Of a stretch of DNA of 64,000 bases, positions 46,970 to 61,812 are shown one piece after another. The DNA lies in the NCBI GenBank assembly GCA_904063045.1, contig CAJFCJ010000019.1, forward strand, positions 2,433,700-2,497,699, read 5' to 3'. Under the pieces are notes generated by a model. That model was given only the letters and a program-made list of their open reading frames with translations. It did no database searches and was not told the DNA's origin. Source of the DNA: Dimorphilus gyrociliatus (lineage: Eukaryota; Animalia; Annelida). Both the position numbers and the translations under genes were made by a program. The stretch's first letter is position 1, and every line of letters begins with the position of its first letter.

Positions 46970-49900
46970 TTATTCATACTGGGAATTAGCAGCTTGAATT
47001 TGGCAAACACTATCCAAGTTAATCAAGTGTCTCATTGTTGGACGGCCATGAGGACAATTCTATTGTAAGAGGGGAAAAAAATTAGTTCTAAATTTCAATT
47101 TATTAATTATATAGATTTTTTATTTAATACCCAGGGTTGATCAATTTTTCCCATATTATCAATAAGCTTTCTCATTTTTGCCATTGACAAGGCCCTTCCA
47201 ATCATAATCTATAAATAAAATTTGTAATACGAGTGAATAGTTAGCTATTCAGAGTACTCACTGATGATCTACAAGCTCTAGACGCTAACATCTTACGAAT
47301 TCTGGAAGGTCTACACATAACACCCTAAAATAGATTATTAGTCTTTACTATTATTAATCTTGTTTGTAATCTAGAATTCAACTAACCGGTGAATCAGCCA
47401 ATATGTAAATCAATTCTTCTATGTCTTTATTATAATTAACATATTAATATGTAGGAAATATATGTATATAATATATAGTTTATACAATATTTATGAGAAT
47501 GGTTATGTTCAACATTGTATATTTACCTTCTTTGCCAAATTCCCAATTTTTAGACGTTGGACAATTAATCAATTTAGTTTGGCAACCGGGTTGTTCTATA
47601 AATACAATCATTCGTCATAATTTAGTTTATATATAGTCAATAGGAGATGTTTTATACCATATTCATCAACTTCAAATCTAAAACCGTTACTTTCAAATAT
47701 TCTTATGTTTTCTAACAAAATACTTTCATTAACTGGCGTTAATTTTAGATGTTGGGGTCTGAAATTAAGAAATATAGTAAAATTAGAGAGAAATTTGTTT
47801 TCTTACATAATCAGCGGTTGCGATTCAAGAATTGTTGTGGCCTGAAGTCTTTCAAAATTATATTTTTCATCACTAGCATGTTGATCAACTATGAATAAAT
47901 CTCGATTTAATTCTGTAATAATAAATCCTAAATTGAATTGTCCAAGGACTTTCATCTCTTGAAAGTTTTCTTTTCTAAAAAAGAAGAGAAAGTGTACTTT
48001 ATATTTAAATTCAGTAAAAATTATTAAACAATAATTTCACTTTATCTCTCTTCTTAATTCTTCTTCAGCTTGTTGATTCGATTGTGGACTAATACTACTT
48101 GAAAAATTTTTATCCCATTTATTCGATCTGTTTCTTATTTCCTCTTAATAATGTAATAAATATATTAAAATTGCATGTATATTTACAGGACAAGTGAATA
48201 ATAATGGTTCACCTCTATTTTTAAAAGATTCTTTTAAGAGATTCATACTGAAATGACACGGAACTTGAACTCGTAGATTTTTACATACATCGAGACTGGT
48301 ATCCTTGAAATTATTATGTAATGCTATTGTGAAATGCTTGTACTTTAATAAATTTACAATAGAACTTACTAAAACTGTGCTATCTCGAGGACTACTTTTA
48401 GTTTTCTTTTTTGTTTTTGTTAGTGTAGGCGAAGGGGTTTTAATTGATGAATCTTTCTCTTTTTCTTTTGGGCTTTGTTTAGGGCTTTTCTTATTATTTT
48501 TCGTTAGACTTTTGGTAAAACTTTGACAAATATCTGACATTGTTTTTGGAGGTTTAGATGGCACTTTTTCTGGTTGTTGTTGCTGTTTCACTTCATCGTG
48601 AGTCAAGAGTAAATTAGTTGGTTTAGTGGTGCTGGTTTCAGAGTTGCTTAATTTGACTATTTCTTTTTGCTTTTGCTCGGTTGTCGTCTTTTTTGGTTCG
48701 GGTTGTTTCGTGCTTACAACCATTTCTACATTCTTTTCAACAAAGGGTGCCTTATCTTTTTTATCTGCAGACTCCATGTGAACATCATTGCCCTCAATTT
48801 TCTTACTGACCTCGGGCGATTTATCTTTTTTAACACTTTCCTCTACTTTGTTATTGATTTTTGATTCTTTGTCGTTACAACCTTCTGGATCTTCAATTCT
48901 TCTCTTCTTCGGAAGTAATTCCTCACTTTCTTCATCTGAAGATAACGCTCTTAGGAAACTTGTAATGTTCGGTTCTAAAATCGAAAGTAGATAATAAAAG
49001 TAGAAAAATAATTAATTTTAGTTAGAGAATTTACGTTGCTTCGACGCCTTAGCTAGACTTGTCTGGAGTATTTTGGCAAAAGAATTAGACGAAGGTGTTC
49101 TAGATTGACTATTAGAAGGTAGTATGGGAGAGTTCGATAAACTTTCTAACAGTGGTTTTGACTGTGATCTGTGCCTTTTTTAAAACAGAAAAGCTATATA
49201 TTACTCTTATTTAACTCTGCAATTCAATTAAATAAATTACCTGGGAGTACTAGAAAATCGAGGAGTTGATGGATTACTCCGTAGAGTGTAGATTGATGAT
49301 CTCGGTGTCAAAAATTCAAGCAACGAAGTCTGTATAGTAAAAGATAATTATGATGTAATTAAAAGAATCTTAGCTCAGTACAATTATTCAAACCTTGACG
49401 ATAGATAGTAAATATTTTTCATTGTTAAGCATCAATTGTCTCTTATCGGGAGTAACATTGATGTCAACAGAATCTGTTTTGGGATGAACGAATAATCAAT
49501 ATTAATTAAGGAACTATTTGTTCATTAAAAAAAATAAAATACCTTTAGAAAGTCTTATATTTAGAACTAGAAAGGGATATTGCTGTTTATTGAACGTATG
49601 ATATATCTCATTAACCAATTTGGAAAGCTGGATAAAAATTTATACGAATAAATACTATTTTGGTTCAATATCGATAAGTAAAATATACTTTTTTCATATC
49701 GCAAGGTCGATTATTAACATAAAAAAATTGTCTATCTGGTGAACTACGTCCCTTACCATGATCAGGTGACGAAATATAACCGTTTATGCTAAAAAAATAA
49801 GGCAAATTACTATACATATTGAAAAGATAGAAACGTTTCTCTACATAAAATCGGAATGATCCTTTTCATTTTTTATACCATACTCCTCAAGAACTTCATC

Positions 49901-51016
49901 AGAAGGTGGTTTTTGAATGAAGGGTATAATATTCTTTATCTTTTTTATGAATAAAAACTCCCTTATGAAATTATAAATAACTTTTTAAATTATAATATAT
50001 GCTTACTTGTTCAATACCAAATATTTGTGAAACGTTACTTTTGACATCTTCGCCTCCGCTAACATTCAATAACCTATCGGTCTTACTGAAATATCAAAAA
50101 TATTTGTAAAAAAGAAGATCTATCATTACAAATTGAAAAATGTAATATTTACGAATTTACCCCTTTCCAGTTGTATTTGTAACAGTTATTTTCTTATCTA
50201 ATATGATGCCGTATTCAACAATTTTATTTAGAGTATCAGGAAAATCTTTCTTTGCAATATTTCGTTCAAATTCTTTCCTCCGAACTGGTAAATTTGTAAA
50301 TATATTTTCAATTAAAACAGTTGTTCCTTTCTAAATTTGATGAATGGAAGAAATAATTAGGCCAAAGTGAATATTTTGTCTTTTTAATAAGATAACATAC
50401 TAACTTGGCAAGATACTTTTGTTTTTTTCTTTATTCTACCATCTCTACCAAATTCTATTTTAGCTCCAATTGATACTGATTTATGTCTTGTTGTCATTGA
50501 AAAATCACTAAAATATATAGAAAAAATAACCATTTAAATGTTTTCTCATTGAATAATTGCTTATAGCATAAATTACCTAACACCACAAATAGAACTTAAA
50601 GCTTCTCCCCTGAATCCAAAGGTATCGACGCTGGTTAGGTCCGAAAATTTACTTATTTTCGAGGTATGATGTTTTAGAGCTATGGTAAATCTTAATGACA
50701 GATTTTGAGAAACATGTTTAATATTAATTTACCAATACTATCGAAATTCTCTTCTTCTATGCCATCCCCGTTATCCATTACTGAGAAACTTTTTAAACCC
50801 TTATCTTTGAACTTAACATCTAAAGATTGTTATTTTATGTAAACTATAATTGGTTGAATGTTTAATGAAACCTATTATTGTTGCTCCTGCGTCAATACTA
50901 TTTTCAATCAACTCTTTGACAGCAGTCGAAAGTGTTGTAATAACTTGACCTGAGCAGATTTTATGAACGCTTTCCTTATCTATAGCATTAATAATTCCTG
51001 AGCTTGAATCAGCCAT
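46970..51016 (-). CDS. PMS2: Mismatch repair endonuclease PMS2, multi-exon
   Basis: [67 protein letters not shown] and [11 protein letters not shown]. Confidence 0.95.
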
Positions 51017-51362
51017 GGTTCTGTCGATTTGATGACCTGAACGAAAAGACGTCCATATAATTGTATATGGTAATTTTTTAAAATAAATAAAACTTTATTA
51101 CTTATAATTATGATATGCTAGAATAAATCTTTCTGTGTGATGTAATACAACTGTTAATTATAAGCTTGATAGACAGGGAAATAAAATAGTTGGTCAACAG
51201 TTCGCGCTTCTTTGGATTATTTATCGAAATGATTACGAAAATAATAAGCGTGTCCTGTAAAACAGAACTACTTTCGACAAGAAAGTTTTCCGCGTGTTTC
51301 TAATTAGATCTATTTACTTGGAGGCAAATATACAAAGTTCATCATTAGTAACAAAACTACTA

Positions 51363-53874
51363 ATGTCTAATAATACACAAGGAAAGAAAACCGTCTATAT
51401 TGGTGATTCTAGATTATTGTCCAGAGTTAAACAGGTAATTCACCCATTTTCGAGTGATTCCATTTTCTCTTAGTACCAAATTTTGCAGATCGTCCTTGAA
51501 AAATTTAACAATAAAAGAATAGATATATGTGACTTAAGTGAAATACTAGTAAAACGATTTGCGTAAGTAGATTTTAGCATAAATGGTCAGATTGTCCCTA
51601 ATATACGTCTTTATGAAGTGAGTACAATCGAAGGAAAAGAAAACCGTTTGAAAAATCTGTTGAAAAAGGTATGATAAAGAAAATAACTGAAGATCGTTAA
51701 TTTACATTTGTGTATACTTCTATAGCCGTATCCGAGCTAATACGTTTGAAAGCCATACCAGAACAACCAGAAGAAAGCGATTCATTTTCAGACGACAACG
51801 AATCATATGTTGAATATAAAGATACCAACTCAGTAAATAACCTCATGACTAATTTATACAAAAGCTCTCCTAAACCAAAACCAATAGATAAGTTCACGGA
51901 AGCAACCGAAAAAGCACCAAAAGAAACTCTATCGGATAATATTGAAAAAATGGAAGATGAAAGACCTGTCAAGAAAAAGCGTAAAATAGAATTTAAAAAA
52001 AAACAAACCGTAGAAATAACTAAATCTACAACAACATTCGACGATGTTGGTGGATGCGAAGAGATACTTTTGGAAATTTGTAAATTAATTACTCATATAA
52101 GACATCCTGAAATTTATAGACAGATCGGTGTAACAGCTCCAAGAGGTATACTTCTTCATGGACCTCCTGGGTGTGGAAAAACTTTAGTTGCTAACGCTAT
52201 TGCAGGAGAATTAAATGTAAATTATATTAAACTGGCAGCAACAGAAATTGTCTCAGGTGTTTCAGGAGGAAGCGAAGAACGATTGAGAGAAGTTTTTGAT
52301 CAAGCTGTTGAAAGTTCTCCATCGGTTTTATTTTTGGACGAAATAGATGCTGTAATGGGGAAGAGGGAAAATGCTTCCAAAGAAATGGAAAGAAGAATTG
52401 TTTCTCAGCTTCTTACATCCTTAGATGATCTCAGCGAAAAAGATGCCAATGTTCTTGTGATAGGAGCTACTTCAAAGCCAGATAATTTAGAGCCAGCCTT
52501 AAGGAGAGCTGGAAGATTTGATCATGAAGTATGTCTAGGAATGCCCGACTGTCCTGCTAGAGGAAAAATTTTACATATTCTTACAAAAAATATGGCTTTG
52601 CGAGACGATGTTGATATTGATAAGATTGCAATTTTGACTCCTGGTTTCGTTGGTGCTGATTTGCAGTCTGTTAGTAGAGAAGCAGCATTAAGTGCAGTAC
52701 ATAGGGAATTAGACACTCCGGAGGATCTGTCTTTAGCTAGAATGTGGCTTCAGAATCCTCAGACTTTGTCAGATGAGCGTTTATCAAATTTAAAAGTTTG
52801 TAATAAAAATAATTTATTTAATTATATTTAAAAATACATGTTTTCAGATTACAATGGAAGATTTTGTTAAAGCTACAAAAATGGTTCAGCCATCTTCAAA
52901 ACGAGAAGGATTCGCTACAGTTCCAGGAGTTAGTTGGTCTGATGTTGGAGCATTACATGATATACGAGAAGAGCTACATCTTGCTATTGTTGCACCTGTT
53001 TTTCACGCTGAAGCATGGAATAAGTTGGGTTTGAGACGAGCAGCCGGAGTACTTTTGAGTGGTCCGCCTGGTTGTGGAAAAACTTTACTTGCAAAGGCTG
53101 TGGCTAACGAAGCGGGCTTGAATTTTCTTTCAGTTAAAGGTCCGGAATTACTGAATATGTATGTTGGAGAGTCTGAAAGAGCTGTAAGGCAAGTGTTTCA
53201 AAGAGCAAGAAATTCAGCTCCGTGTGTTATTTTCTTTGACGAAGTTGATGCCCTTTGCGGTAAAAGAGGACGAGAAAGTTCAGAATCATCTGCTCGAGTA
53301 GTTAATCAGCTGCTAACAGAATTAGATGGCGTGGACGATGGTCGGAGTAAAGGAGTATATGTTCTAGCTGCTACTAATCGTCCTGATATTTTAGACCCTG
53401 CATTACTCAGACCAGGTAGGCTTTTTATTTTATTCGTTTTTATCACACTGACGAATATGTTGAATTTATAGGAAGATTAGATAAATTACTTTACGTTGGA
53501 TTGCCTGCTGAAAATGATCGATTAGATATTTTAAAAGCCATAGTCAGAGAAAAGCCACCATTAGCCGATGATGTTCACTTAGAAGAGTTGGCCAAAAAGA
53601 TGGAGTATTATTCTGGAGCCGACATTGCAGCAGTTGTACGTGAAGCTTCCGTTATTTCCCTAAGGGAATGGCTATCTGGAGGAAAAAAAGATTACACAGT
53701 TATAGTTCATTTGAGACATCTTGAACAGGCACTTACTAAGGTGAAACCATCAGTATCAGTACAGGTTCGTGAGCATGCATTTAACATATATATATATATA
53801 CATCTTCTTTTCTTTTCCTCTGAAAGGATCGAAACAGGTATTTGAATATGAAGAAAATTCTTTCCGAAAAGTAA
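51363..53874 (+). CDS. NVL: Nuclear valosin-containing protein-like AAA ATPase
   Basis: N-terminal [10 protein letters not shown], two AAA modules with [41 protein letters not shown] and [31 protein letters not shown]. Confidence 0.93.
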
Positions 53875-54152
53875 CTATTTGCTAATTTTGAAGTGTTCAA
53901 TGTAAATATTTTATTATACTTGTTTCAATTTAGGAAAATGTTAATTACTTTAAATAAATTCTGTTTTTGATAAAAGCTGAAATATGATAATTTAGTACAC
54001 TTCCTGGTGAATTTACTAATTAAATTATAGACAAAAAGGATATCTTAAAAAGATTAAAATTTGAATAAGAACCACTCTAAATGCAAAAAAAAATGTATAC
54101 ATGACTTCCTATTTCCTTAAACTTGTTGGAAAACAATCAAGTAGTTGTAAAA

Positions 54153-56940
54153 ATGGCGGAAAACGGTGAAAAGAATCAGTTGGGTTACTTGAAGGATATA
54201 ATAAATAATTTATATTCACCTTCTGACAAAAGACATAAACTCAAGAATAGTGTTGAAAAAGATTTTAAAAAGTGTGATAAAGTTTTGGAAGAATTAGTAG
54301 AAGAGAATATAAATTCCCTAGAGTCTTTAGTTAGTTCATTTGGCAAAATTTCTCAAAAAGTTGTTGATTGTCAAAAGAGGATAAAAAATGTTAGGGAAAA
54401 TCTGAATGGTTGTAAAACGTACTTAACTTGCAAACGAGGAGAATTAATGAACTTGTGGAAAGAGTCAATTGAACATAAGACTTTATCATCGTTATTGAAT
54501 CAAGTAGACAAAGTGAAAGAAGTTACTCAACAGTTACCTTTTTTACTTAAGAATAAACGATATATTGAAGCTACAAGTTCTGTTGTCTCATGTATTAAAA
54601 TAATCGACACGGATCTCAAGGATGTGGAAGCATTAGGAGAAACAAGAGAGGAATTAATATTAAGAAGAAGCGAAATTATTAAGAAACTACAGAGTGAACT
54701 TCATAAGCAAATTTACGTTAAATCTACCGCGTTTATAGTTAGAAATTTCCAGAGATTAGGCTCTGCTAGAGGTTCAACAAAATCGACAAATCATATACAC
54801 TGTGATGTCAGTCTCCAATCTGAAATCTTTCTTGATAATGAACGCCACAACGAATTCATTGATGCAAATTTAAATGAAATAAGAAATTCGAAAGAAATAA
54901 GCGATATACTTGGATACGATATTGAAGATAAACCAGTACAGTATATTGGTGTACTTATCGAATCCCTAATGATTTTCAATGAATTGAAAGAATCCCTCCA
55001 ACTCGTTAGAAGGAATATTGAATTTGGATTTCTGTCAATTATCAATAGGGCATCTCGACAAGTTTCTGATAATGCCCTTAGTCAAGACGAAAAGCTAACA
55101 AATAACTCGCCTTTACTTAGAGATTTATTTGATTTAATTTTGAGACAATTTAGGCTAGTTGTGCGTGTTCACGAGGTATTACTTGCTCATTCACACAGAG
55201 CACATTGGAGTAGAGGTAATCATCCTCTGGATGTATACAATATTACCAATGTTTGGGAACAAGCTCAAAAGTTAGTAAGACAATTGTTTTTAGAGTATAT
55301 CTCTATTTCAAGTAATAAGGACGAATTGCAAATAAGGAAAAAAGATGATCCTTTCCAAAGTTATCAAGTAGTAGCGGCTCTTTTTCAAAAAAAGAGGCTT
55401 CAAAAAAATGAACCTCTATTCCAATTTGAAGGATCATCTCATGCCCATAGCTTAAGGTCATACGAAAGGGAAGAGAGACAAAGCATCTACGCTAATTTGG
55501 GTGTGGAAGAGGAGAATTTTGAACCGATTACCACGCAAATGACATACGTTTGTCCTCCAGATACCGAAAATATTATTTATATCTATACACCCGTTAGCGA
55601 TTTTTCACTTGAAATTGAATTAGCCTTAAACGATACCAATTCTCAACTTAAACAAGATATTACTAACTTTATAAACAATGTTTATCTATTAAAGGTTAAA
55701 GGTGAATGCTTAGAGAAGCTTCAAGGAGTTACAAATTATGGTGATTGGCACACTTCACAAACTTTGGTTTACAATCGCACCGATAAAACTCAACTGCCTA
55801 TATTTACGTCTGCAATAACAGTTATAGATTCAATTCATAAGTTGAAAGAAATATCTAAGCTAATTCCTAAACACAAAGGGGATTTTTGCATGATGCTAAG
55901 CGATCTTGTATGCGTTTTCTATAACAAAATGAATAAAGTACTCCAGTCTATCACCAATAGACGACAAGTAAGCGTATCATGGGTTCAGGACGAAGATATT
56001 GAGCGGCATTTATTATCTCAGCATAGTTGGACCGTATTCGAGAGTATCAATGTGGATAAGTCTGTCCAGAAATTTAGCGAAAATGCTGAAAAAGAAGCTG
56101 ATATGTTTACAAACAATTTAATTTCTCAGAACCTACTAACACAAGATGATTTAATTTATGATGATACAAGAGATGCTCTAAAAGCATTATCTTGCATGAT
56201 TCATACAATTCTCTATCTTTTGGAGCATTTATCAAAATGTGATATACCAATTAAAGCTGAATTAGCGAAGTTATGCAATTATTGTACTTTATTAATCTTC
56301 GTTGAAATAAGAGTTATATGTTTTTTCTACCTGCAACCGCTCTTCGGTATGTAGAAATAGTATACTTTTAAATCTAATTATTCTTTTCTTATCTTAATTA
56401 GGCAACATGGAGAAGGCAGGAGAAAAATTACAAGTTGCTGTGAAACAATTTCATCAAAAAGTTTATAATCCTCCATCTGATGATTTAAAGGTCGATGAAA
56501 ATATTATAAAATTAAATAAGAGCTTAGAGGCTATCGCCGACACGTTAAGATATTTTCTTCCCGTCAGCCATTTCCGATATGTTATGTCAGGAATAGGCCA
56601 TGTCATAGCCTCAATTTTCATAAATTGTGCATCGAAATTGAAGAGAATGAATCATAACGGAGTAAAAAAGATGATAAGAAATATATTTTCATCGCAACAG
56701 ACTGTGAGTAGTATACTTGGATCAACTTCATATACTGGATTAGATAAAGCGAGACAGTATTACGAGCTTTTCTATAGAAAACCGGAAGACTTAATAATTG
56801 CAATCGTAGAAAGAGGAGTTGGTACATTTACACCTTTTCAGTTAGAGGCCGTAGTTCAATTGCAACACAGAACTTTAAGACTGTCTGAAGATAAGCTAAA
56901 AGAGAGTTTACAAAAGTTGAAAGAAGCTTATACATATTAA
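54153..56940 (+). CDS. EXOC4: Exocyst complex component 4 (Sec8), 2 exons
   Basis: IKNVRENLNGCKTYLTCKRGELMNLWKESIEH, ELHKQIYVKST, SVSWVQDEDI, FVEIRVICFFYL and GIGHVIASIFINC..GVKKMIRNIF. Confidence 0.93.
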
Positions 56941-57253
56941 ATGAAATTTGTTAAAATATAATGAATTTCAAATGATAAATACATTTTTCTTCTTGTGTAT
57001 TGGTTTTTTGCTCGAAAACAAAAGCTTTCAATTTTTTATCATATATTCATATATCGTATAGCTATCACTCGAGAGATACACTCACATAAACAAATTAGCA
57101 TAGAGGATATGAAAAAGATTTCGTTATTGAATTATGCTGATGATGAGTCTTCCTAAATACATTTAAAATTTTGCATTGCCCTGCTTGTAAAAGTATTTAA
57201 AAGTTTTCCTGTCTTGGGCATTTTTCACTAAAGTACATTATTATTCTACGAAT

Positions 57254-58108
57254 TTATAAATAAACATTCGTAATTGATTTGAATGAACGTCGGCATAGTG
57301 GGCAAATTCTTCTTCGTGGTCCCAGTTCAGCTAAGCATTTTGCGCAGCTTACACATAAACACAAGTGTTTACATGGCATTATTAAGACCGATTTTATCTT
57401 ATCTTTACACACAACACATAGCCTTCTATTTCTCTCCTCTTCTAATAACCTCTCAGACGAAAAGCTTCTTGGAAGAGGAGTCAGACGACTATCAGACTCG
57501 TTAGGCAAATCTATCTCCACCGAATGATCAGTCTCATATCCGTCTTCTGAATCAGTAGCAATTTCATACTCTCCATTATCCTCAAGAACTCGAAATAAGT
57601 CGTTTATTGATATTGGTCGTCTATTATTGTTTATTCTTGTTACAATAAAAATCACACAACAACCAACTACCATTAAGCCTAGAGTGAAGAATAAAATATA
57701 TATGGCTTTCTTATTTAGGCAAACTTCTGTGGGTTTTTCATCCTTAGTACTCCATTTGTTTGTTGAGCAATATAGGCCATCGGAACTATCTTCATGAATA
57801 AAAGCGCCTTTGGTCCATTCCTCTAAGTAATACGATACGAAAGAGAACGTAACAGCAATAGATTTAGCACTGGTTGCTAAATTAGATGCTATGTCTTTGA
57901 ATAGTTTATTATTGAAAAATTCGGACTCTGATATGTTTTGGACTATATCGTTTATTTGGCTCATGATAGCGTCCATAACACTGAGAAGGCTCTTACCGAA
58001 AATGTATGCGTAATAGAAGAAACCAAAAATGATGCTGTTGTGAAGATTAATACAAGATAGTAAAGAATCAAATACAAATGAAAGGAGAGAGATAATTTGA
58101 TTTAACAT
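57254..58108 (-). CDS. RNF26: RNF26-like membrane RING E3 ligase, intronless
   Basis: Hydrophobic N-terminal segments, and a C-terminal C3HC4 RING LLEEERNRRLCVVCKDKIKSVLIMPCKHLCLCVSCA..ICPLCRR. Confidence 0.8.
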   Translation of the reverse strand: MLNQIISLLSFVFDSLLSCINLHNSIIFGFFYYAYIFGKSLLSVMDAIMSQINDIVQNISESEFFNNKLFKDIASNLATSAKSIAVTFSFVSYYLEEWTKGAFIHEDSSDGLYCSTNKWSTKDEKPTEVCLNKKAIYILFFTLGLMVVGCCVIFIVTRINNNRRPISINDLFRVLEDNGEYEIATDSEDGYETDHSVEIDLPNESDSRLTPLPRSFSSERLLEEERNRRLCVVCKDKIKSVLIMPCKHLCLCVSCAKCLAELGPRRRICPLCRRSFKSITNVYL

Positions 58109-58817
58109 TCTTCAATTCGTAAATTCCAAGAATGTGTAAGTGGTGTATAAGTCACATTTCAAAAATTACGTAATTTTGGACGATAATATGATACGAACTG
58201 TTCTATTGTCTATCTAAAAGCTGTAGGGTAGACTTTGAATAGAATCTAATAAAATATATCCTCATTAATACCATCTTAACTCATCCTATTAGAAAATAGC
58301 TGTTTATTGTTAATATTTGTTTAATAAAAATTAAATACGTTAGATAAAAATAGTTTCAATTTTAAAATATTGTCACTTATTTTTTATATAACTTACAAAT
58401 ATATTACTAAACCACTTTTAGACAGACCGAATTTGAACAACTTTTTTCTTTCTTTTGATTGCAATTACTCTTTTCGGGCTAACTAAATGTTTAAATTGTA
58501 AAGAAATTAAATTACTTACACATCTATCTTATTCATCATGACTTCACGAATATTTCAAAGGCTTTGATATTAAGTAAGATGGATAATTAATGTAATTTAC
58601 TTCCGACGACGTTCTCTCCGCTCTGCTTTACGCCATATTATTTAACATTACATTTCCGGAACTCAATAAAAATAATAAATTTAACTAAATAAAAAATTTT
58701 CAATACTTTCAACCGTTTTCTGTTTTTTATTCCTTTTTTTTAACCAATCCAATTAACAAAGAAAATAAATCTTAAATATTAATATTTAATATATATGTAG
58801 AAAGATTTGTTTCTTTT

Positions 58818-60377
58818 TTAGAACCAATTAACTCGTATTCTTTTTGCCAATTTGAACAAGAAAAATGTTATTGTTGGTATAGATAATAAATAGAGAAGGT
58901 AATTTTGTTCTAAAAGTCCAACTGTAGTCGATTTTTTAAAGAGAATCCCCTTTAAGAAATGCTTGCCGGTTTCCGTTATTCTAACTCGGACAATTTTACC
59001 CATAAGTTTTGGATCTGGGGCAACAATAACTTGATGATAACTCTCGGTATGACCAACATAGTTGATACCGTCACTTGCCATTTCTGTTATTAGAATATCT
59101 TGTTCAGTGTCCATTAAATGATCGTAAGGTCTGTAAGAATGGAAAAGTTCGTGAAGACGTTTTGTTCTCTTCTTTACTTCTTGAGGATCAATCTTTTGCA
59201 TTCTAGCGGCAGGAGTTCCAGGACGTGGGAAAAACTGATTTATAAATAAACTTGCAAATCTGTATTTATCGACAAGCTTCATTGTATCTTCGAAATTATC
59301 ATCCGTTTCAGTAGGAAAACCGCATATAATATCTGTAGCAATGTTCGCTTCATTTACTCTAGCTTTAATTACATCACATACTTTACAAAAATCTTCATTA
59401 GTATATTCTCTCTTCATGTCTTGAAGGACCTCATCAGATCCACTTTGAACAGGTACGTGTAAAAATTTATAGACTCTTTTATGGTTCATTATATCTGCTA
59501 TCTCTTCTAAATGCTCCAAAATGTATGGGGGATTTGTCATTCCTAGTCTTAGGCGACACCCTTCAGGTATTACTTGTACTAAGCCCCTTAAAAGTTCTGG
59601 TAAATTTGTGTTAATATCCCTTCCATAAGCTCCAAGATCTTCTGAAGTTAACCATATCTCAACAACACCCTCCTGAAAGCAATCTCTCGCTCTGTTAATA
59701 ATTTCATCTGGTAGGTAACTGGCGAGATCTCCTCTTGCGTGCTTCGTTTTACAATACGTACAATTGTTCAAACAACCTGTATTGATGGGAATAATTTCTA
59801 TCAGAGGATTTTTTCTTACTTTAGGTAAAGAAAGAGATGGTCCAGCTAAACGTTTTCCATTTTGCCTTCTTGCGGAGAGAAAACTAACAGAGTTCCCTTT
59901 TAAAGTTTCTTCAACCACTTGGCAAACTTTATCAATCTGTTGAACCCCAATTATGCTTAAACCTTTTATATATTGGGTATTCTTTTGTCCTTGAGGTATA
60001 CATCCGGCCAGAACTACTCGTTTGCCGTTATCTAAGCTCGATTTTATTTCATTTCGAAAATGATCTTCAGCAGGACTCTTGACTGTACAGCTATTTAATA
60101 AACATAAATCGGCTTCGTCTTTGTTGTTGGTTAAATCGTAGCCTGCTTTTGATAACAATCCTGCCATGTATTCAGAATCTGAATTATTGTGAGAACATCC
60201 CCACGTTTTCAAGTAGATTTTGTGAAGGCCCGGTACAAAACTATCCACGTGTGGAGTTTCCTCTAAGGATATTTGCCGCTTGACAATGTTATATGATGTC
60301 TTCTTCAGTTGATTATTTGAATCAAGACTGTCTGCAGTTATAACATCTTCAATATCCTCGATGTTAGCGTTAGCCAT
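58818..60377 (-). CDS. CDKAL1: tRNA ms2t6A methylthiotransferase, intronless
   Basis: [19 protein letters not shown], radical-SAM [25 protein letters not shown], a TRAM domain and a C-terminal TM. Confidence 0.96.
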   Translation of the reverse strand: MANANIEDIEDVITADSLDSNNQLKKTSYNIVKRQISLEETPHVDSFVPGLHKIYLKTWGCSHNNSDSEYMAGLLSKAGYDLTNNKDEADLCLLNSCTVKSPAEDHFRNEIKSSLDNGKRVVLAGCIPQGQKNTQYIKGLSIIGVQQIDKVCQVVEETLKGNSVSFLSARRQNGKRLAGPSLSLPKVRKNPLIEIIPINTGCLNNCTYCKTKHARGDLASYLPDEIINRARDCFQEGVVEIWLTSEDLGAYGRDINTNLPELLRGLVQVIPEGCRLRLGMTNPPYILEHLEEIADIMNHKRVYKFLHVPVQSGSDEVLQDMKREYTNEDFCKVCDVIKARVNEANIATDIICGFPTETDDNFEDTMKLVDKYRFASLFINQFFPRPGTPAARMQKIDPQEVKKRTKRLHELFHSYRPYDHLMDTEQDILITEMASDGINYVGHTESYHQVIVAPDPKLMGKIVRVRITETGKHFLKGILFKKSTTVGLLEQNYLLYLLSIPTITFFLFKLAKRIRVNWF

Positions 60378-60849
60378 GATTTCTAGATTAATAAAGACTG
60401 ACTAACTAAAGTAATTTCGTCGTGTTGCACATGGATTGCATATTTCTCCTATATCTACCAGTTTTTATGCTTTAAATAACTAGTGCCATCTATTGGAATT
60501 TATTGTCTCGTTGATTTTGTTATAAAAGATACATTAATGAATAGATAATTCGTACAGTAAACTTACAAGAAGAATATTCTTATAGTGTTTCCACTTCCAT
60601 ACACGATTTATATATTTATTATACATATATATATATATACTAATACATTTGTTTATGCTTAAAAAGCTACGTTATTGAAACTAGTTAATAAAGTTCGACA
60701 TTTTTCTAAGTGGATGTCTTTCAGAAACGCTGAGAAAAAGAAAGCGGAAAGTTAATTAGCAGTTACATTCTTGAATAAGTGAGGCGCTCCTGGTACGTAC
60801 TCTTTTACGGTTTCAAAAGATTTGCAGGTAGAATTAAGCCAAGAAAGAA

Positions 60850-61337
60850 ATGAAATGCCCAAATCTAAGACGAACTTTACCTTTTCTCCTTTCATTATTA
60901 CTTCTCTTAAACGGTTTGACTAATTAGTAGAGACTTTTATTTTATATTGAATATATAAAATCTAACCTAGATTGTTAATGTTTTAATAATTTATTATATT
61001 TTAAGGAGGATGGACGCTAAGATGCTATTCTTGTTCTGTTACGCGAGACTTAAAAAATAATCGGGAAGAGGCGGATTGTATGACAAATTATACTTTATCA
61101 TTGATTAAAGATTGTGAGCCACATGAGAAAGTTTGTTTAAAAGAGACATTTCAATATCATAATACGATTACGATGTTAAAAAGATCTTGTAATGCAAAAT
61201 GCGAGGGAAAGTGTACGATAATTGATGGAACTGGTAGATGTGTTAGTTGCTGTTCAACTGATCTATGTAATAATAGTAACAAAATTCAATGTTTATTCTC
61301 GTACTTTGCTTTTCTCAGTGTCAATTTGTTTTATTAG
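60850..61337 (+). CDS. Ly6/uPAR three-finger (quiver/sleepless-like) protein, probably GPI-anchored, 2 exons
   Basis: Signal exon MKCPNLRRTLPFLLSLLLLLN, then GGWTLRCYSCS..C..C..C..RSC..C..C..CVSCCSTDLCNNS with a hydrophobic tail. Confidence 0.85.
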
Positions 61338-61516
61338 AATTGTCAAATATATATTGTTTGTAACATTTCAAATCTTATATTTGTTTGTTATTAAATCCTA
61401 ATTATACTAGATAAATATTGTTTGTCATACTTAAACGTTACATATGGTAAATACGTATAGTCTATCTATGTTTAAAATCAACATTATCTCTTTCTCTTTC
61501 TTTCTTTTTTTCTTTT

Positions 61517-61558
<42 letters not shown>

Positions 61559-61812
61559 AACTTAGTCAATAAATCTTCGTGTGTTCTAATTCCTTTTGCT
61601 TTTATTATAACGCTAAGATTTCCCTATACCTATTGCCCGATTCAAAGAAAGATAAATCAATCAATAGTATTACAAATTCTAAATGGTAATAGTATGATAT
61701 CGAGTTCTAACAAGCTTAAGGGACTGGTCTTTTATAGGCCTATGGGATTGTATGTAAACTTTCTTTAGCTTACAAAGAGTGAATCGATCAGCATTTTTAA
61801 CTATCATAGGTA

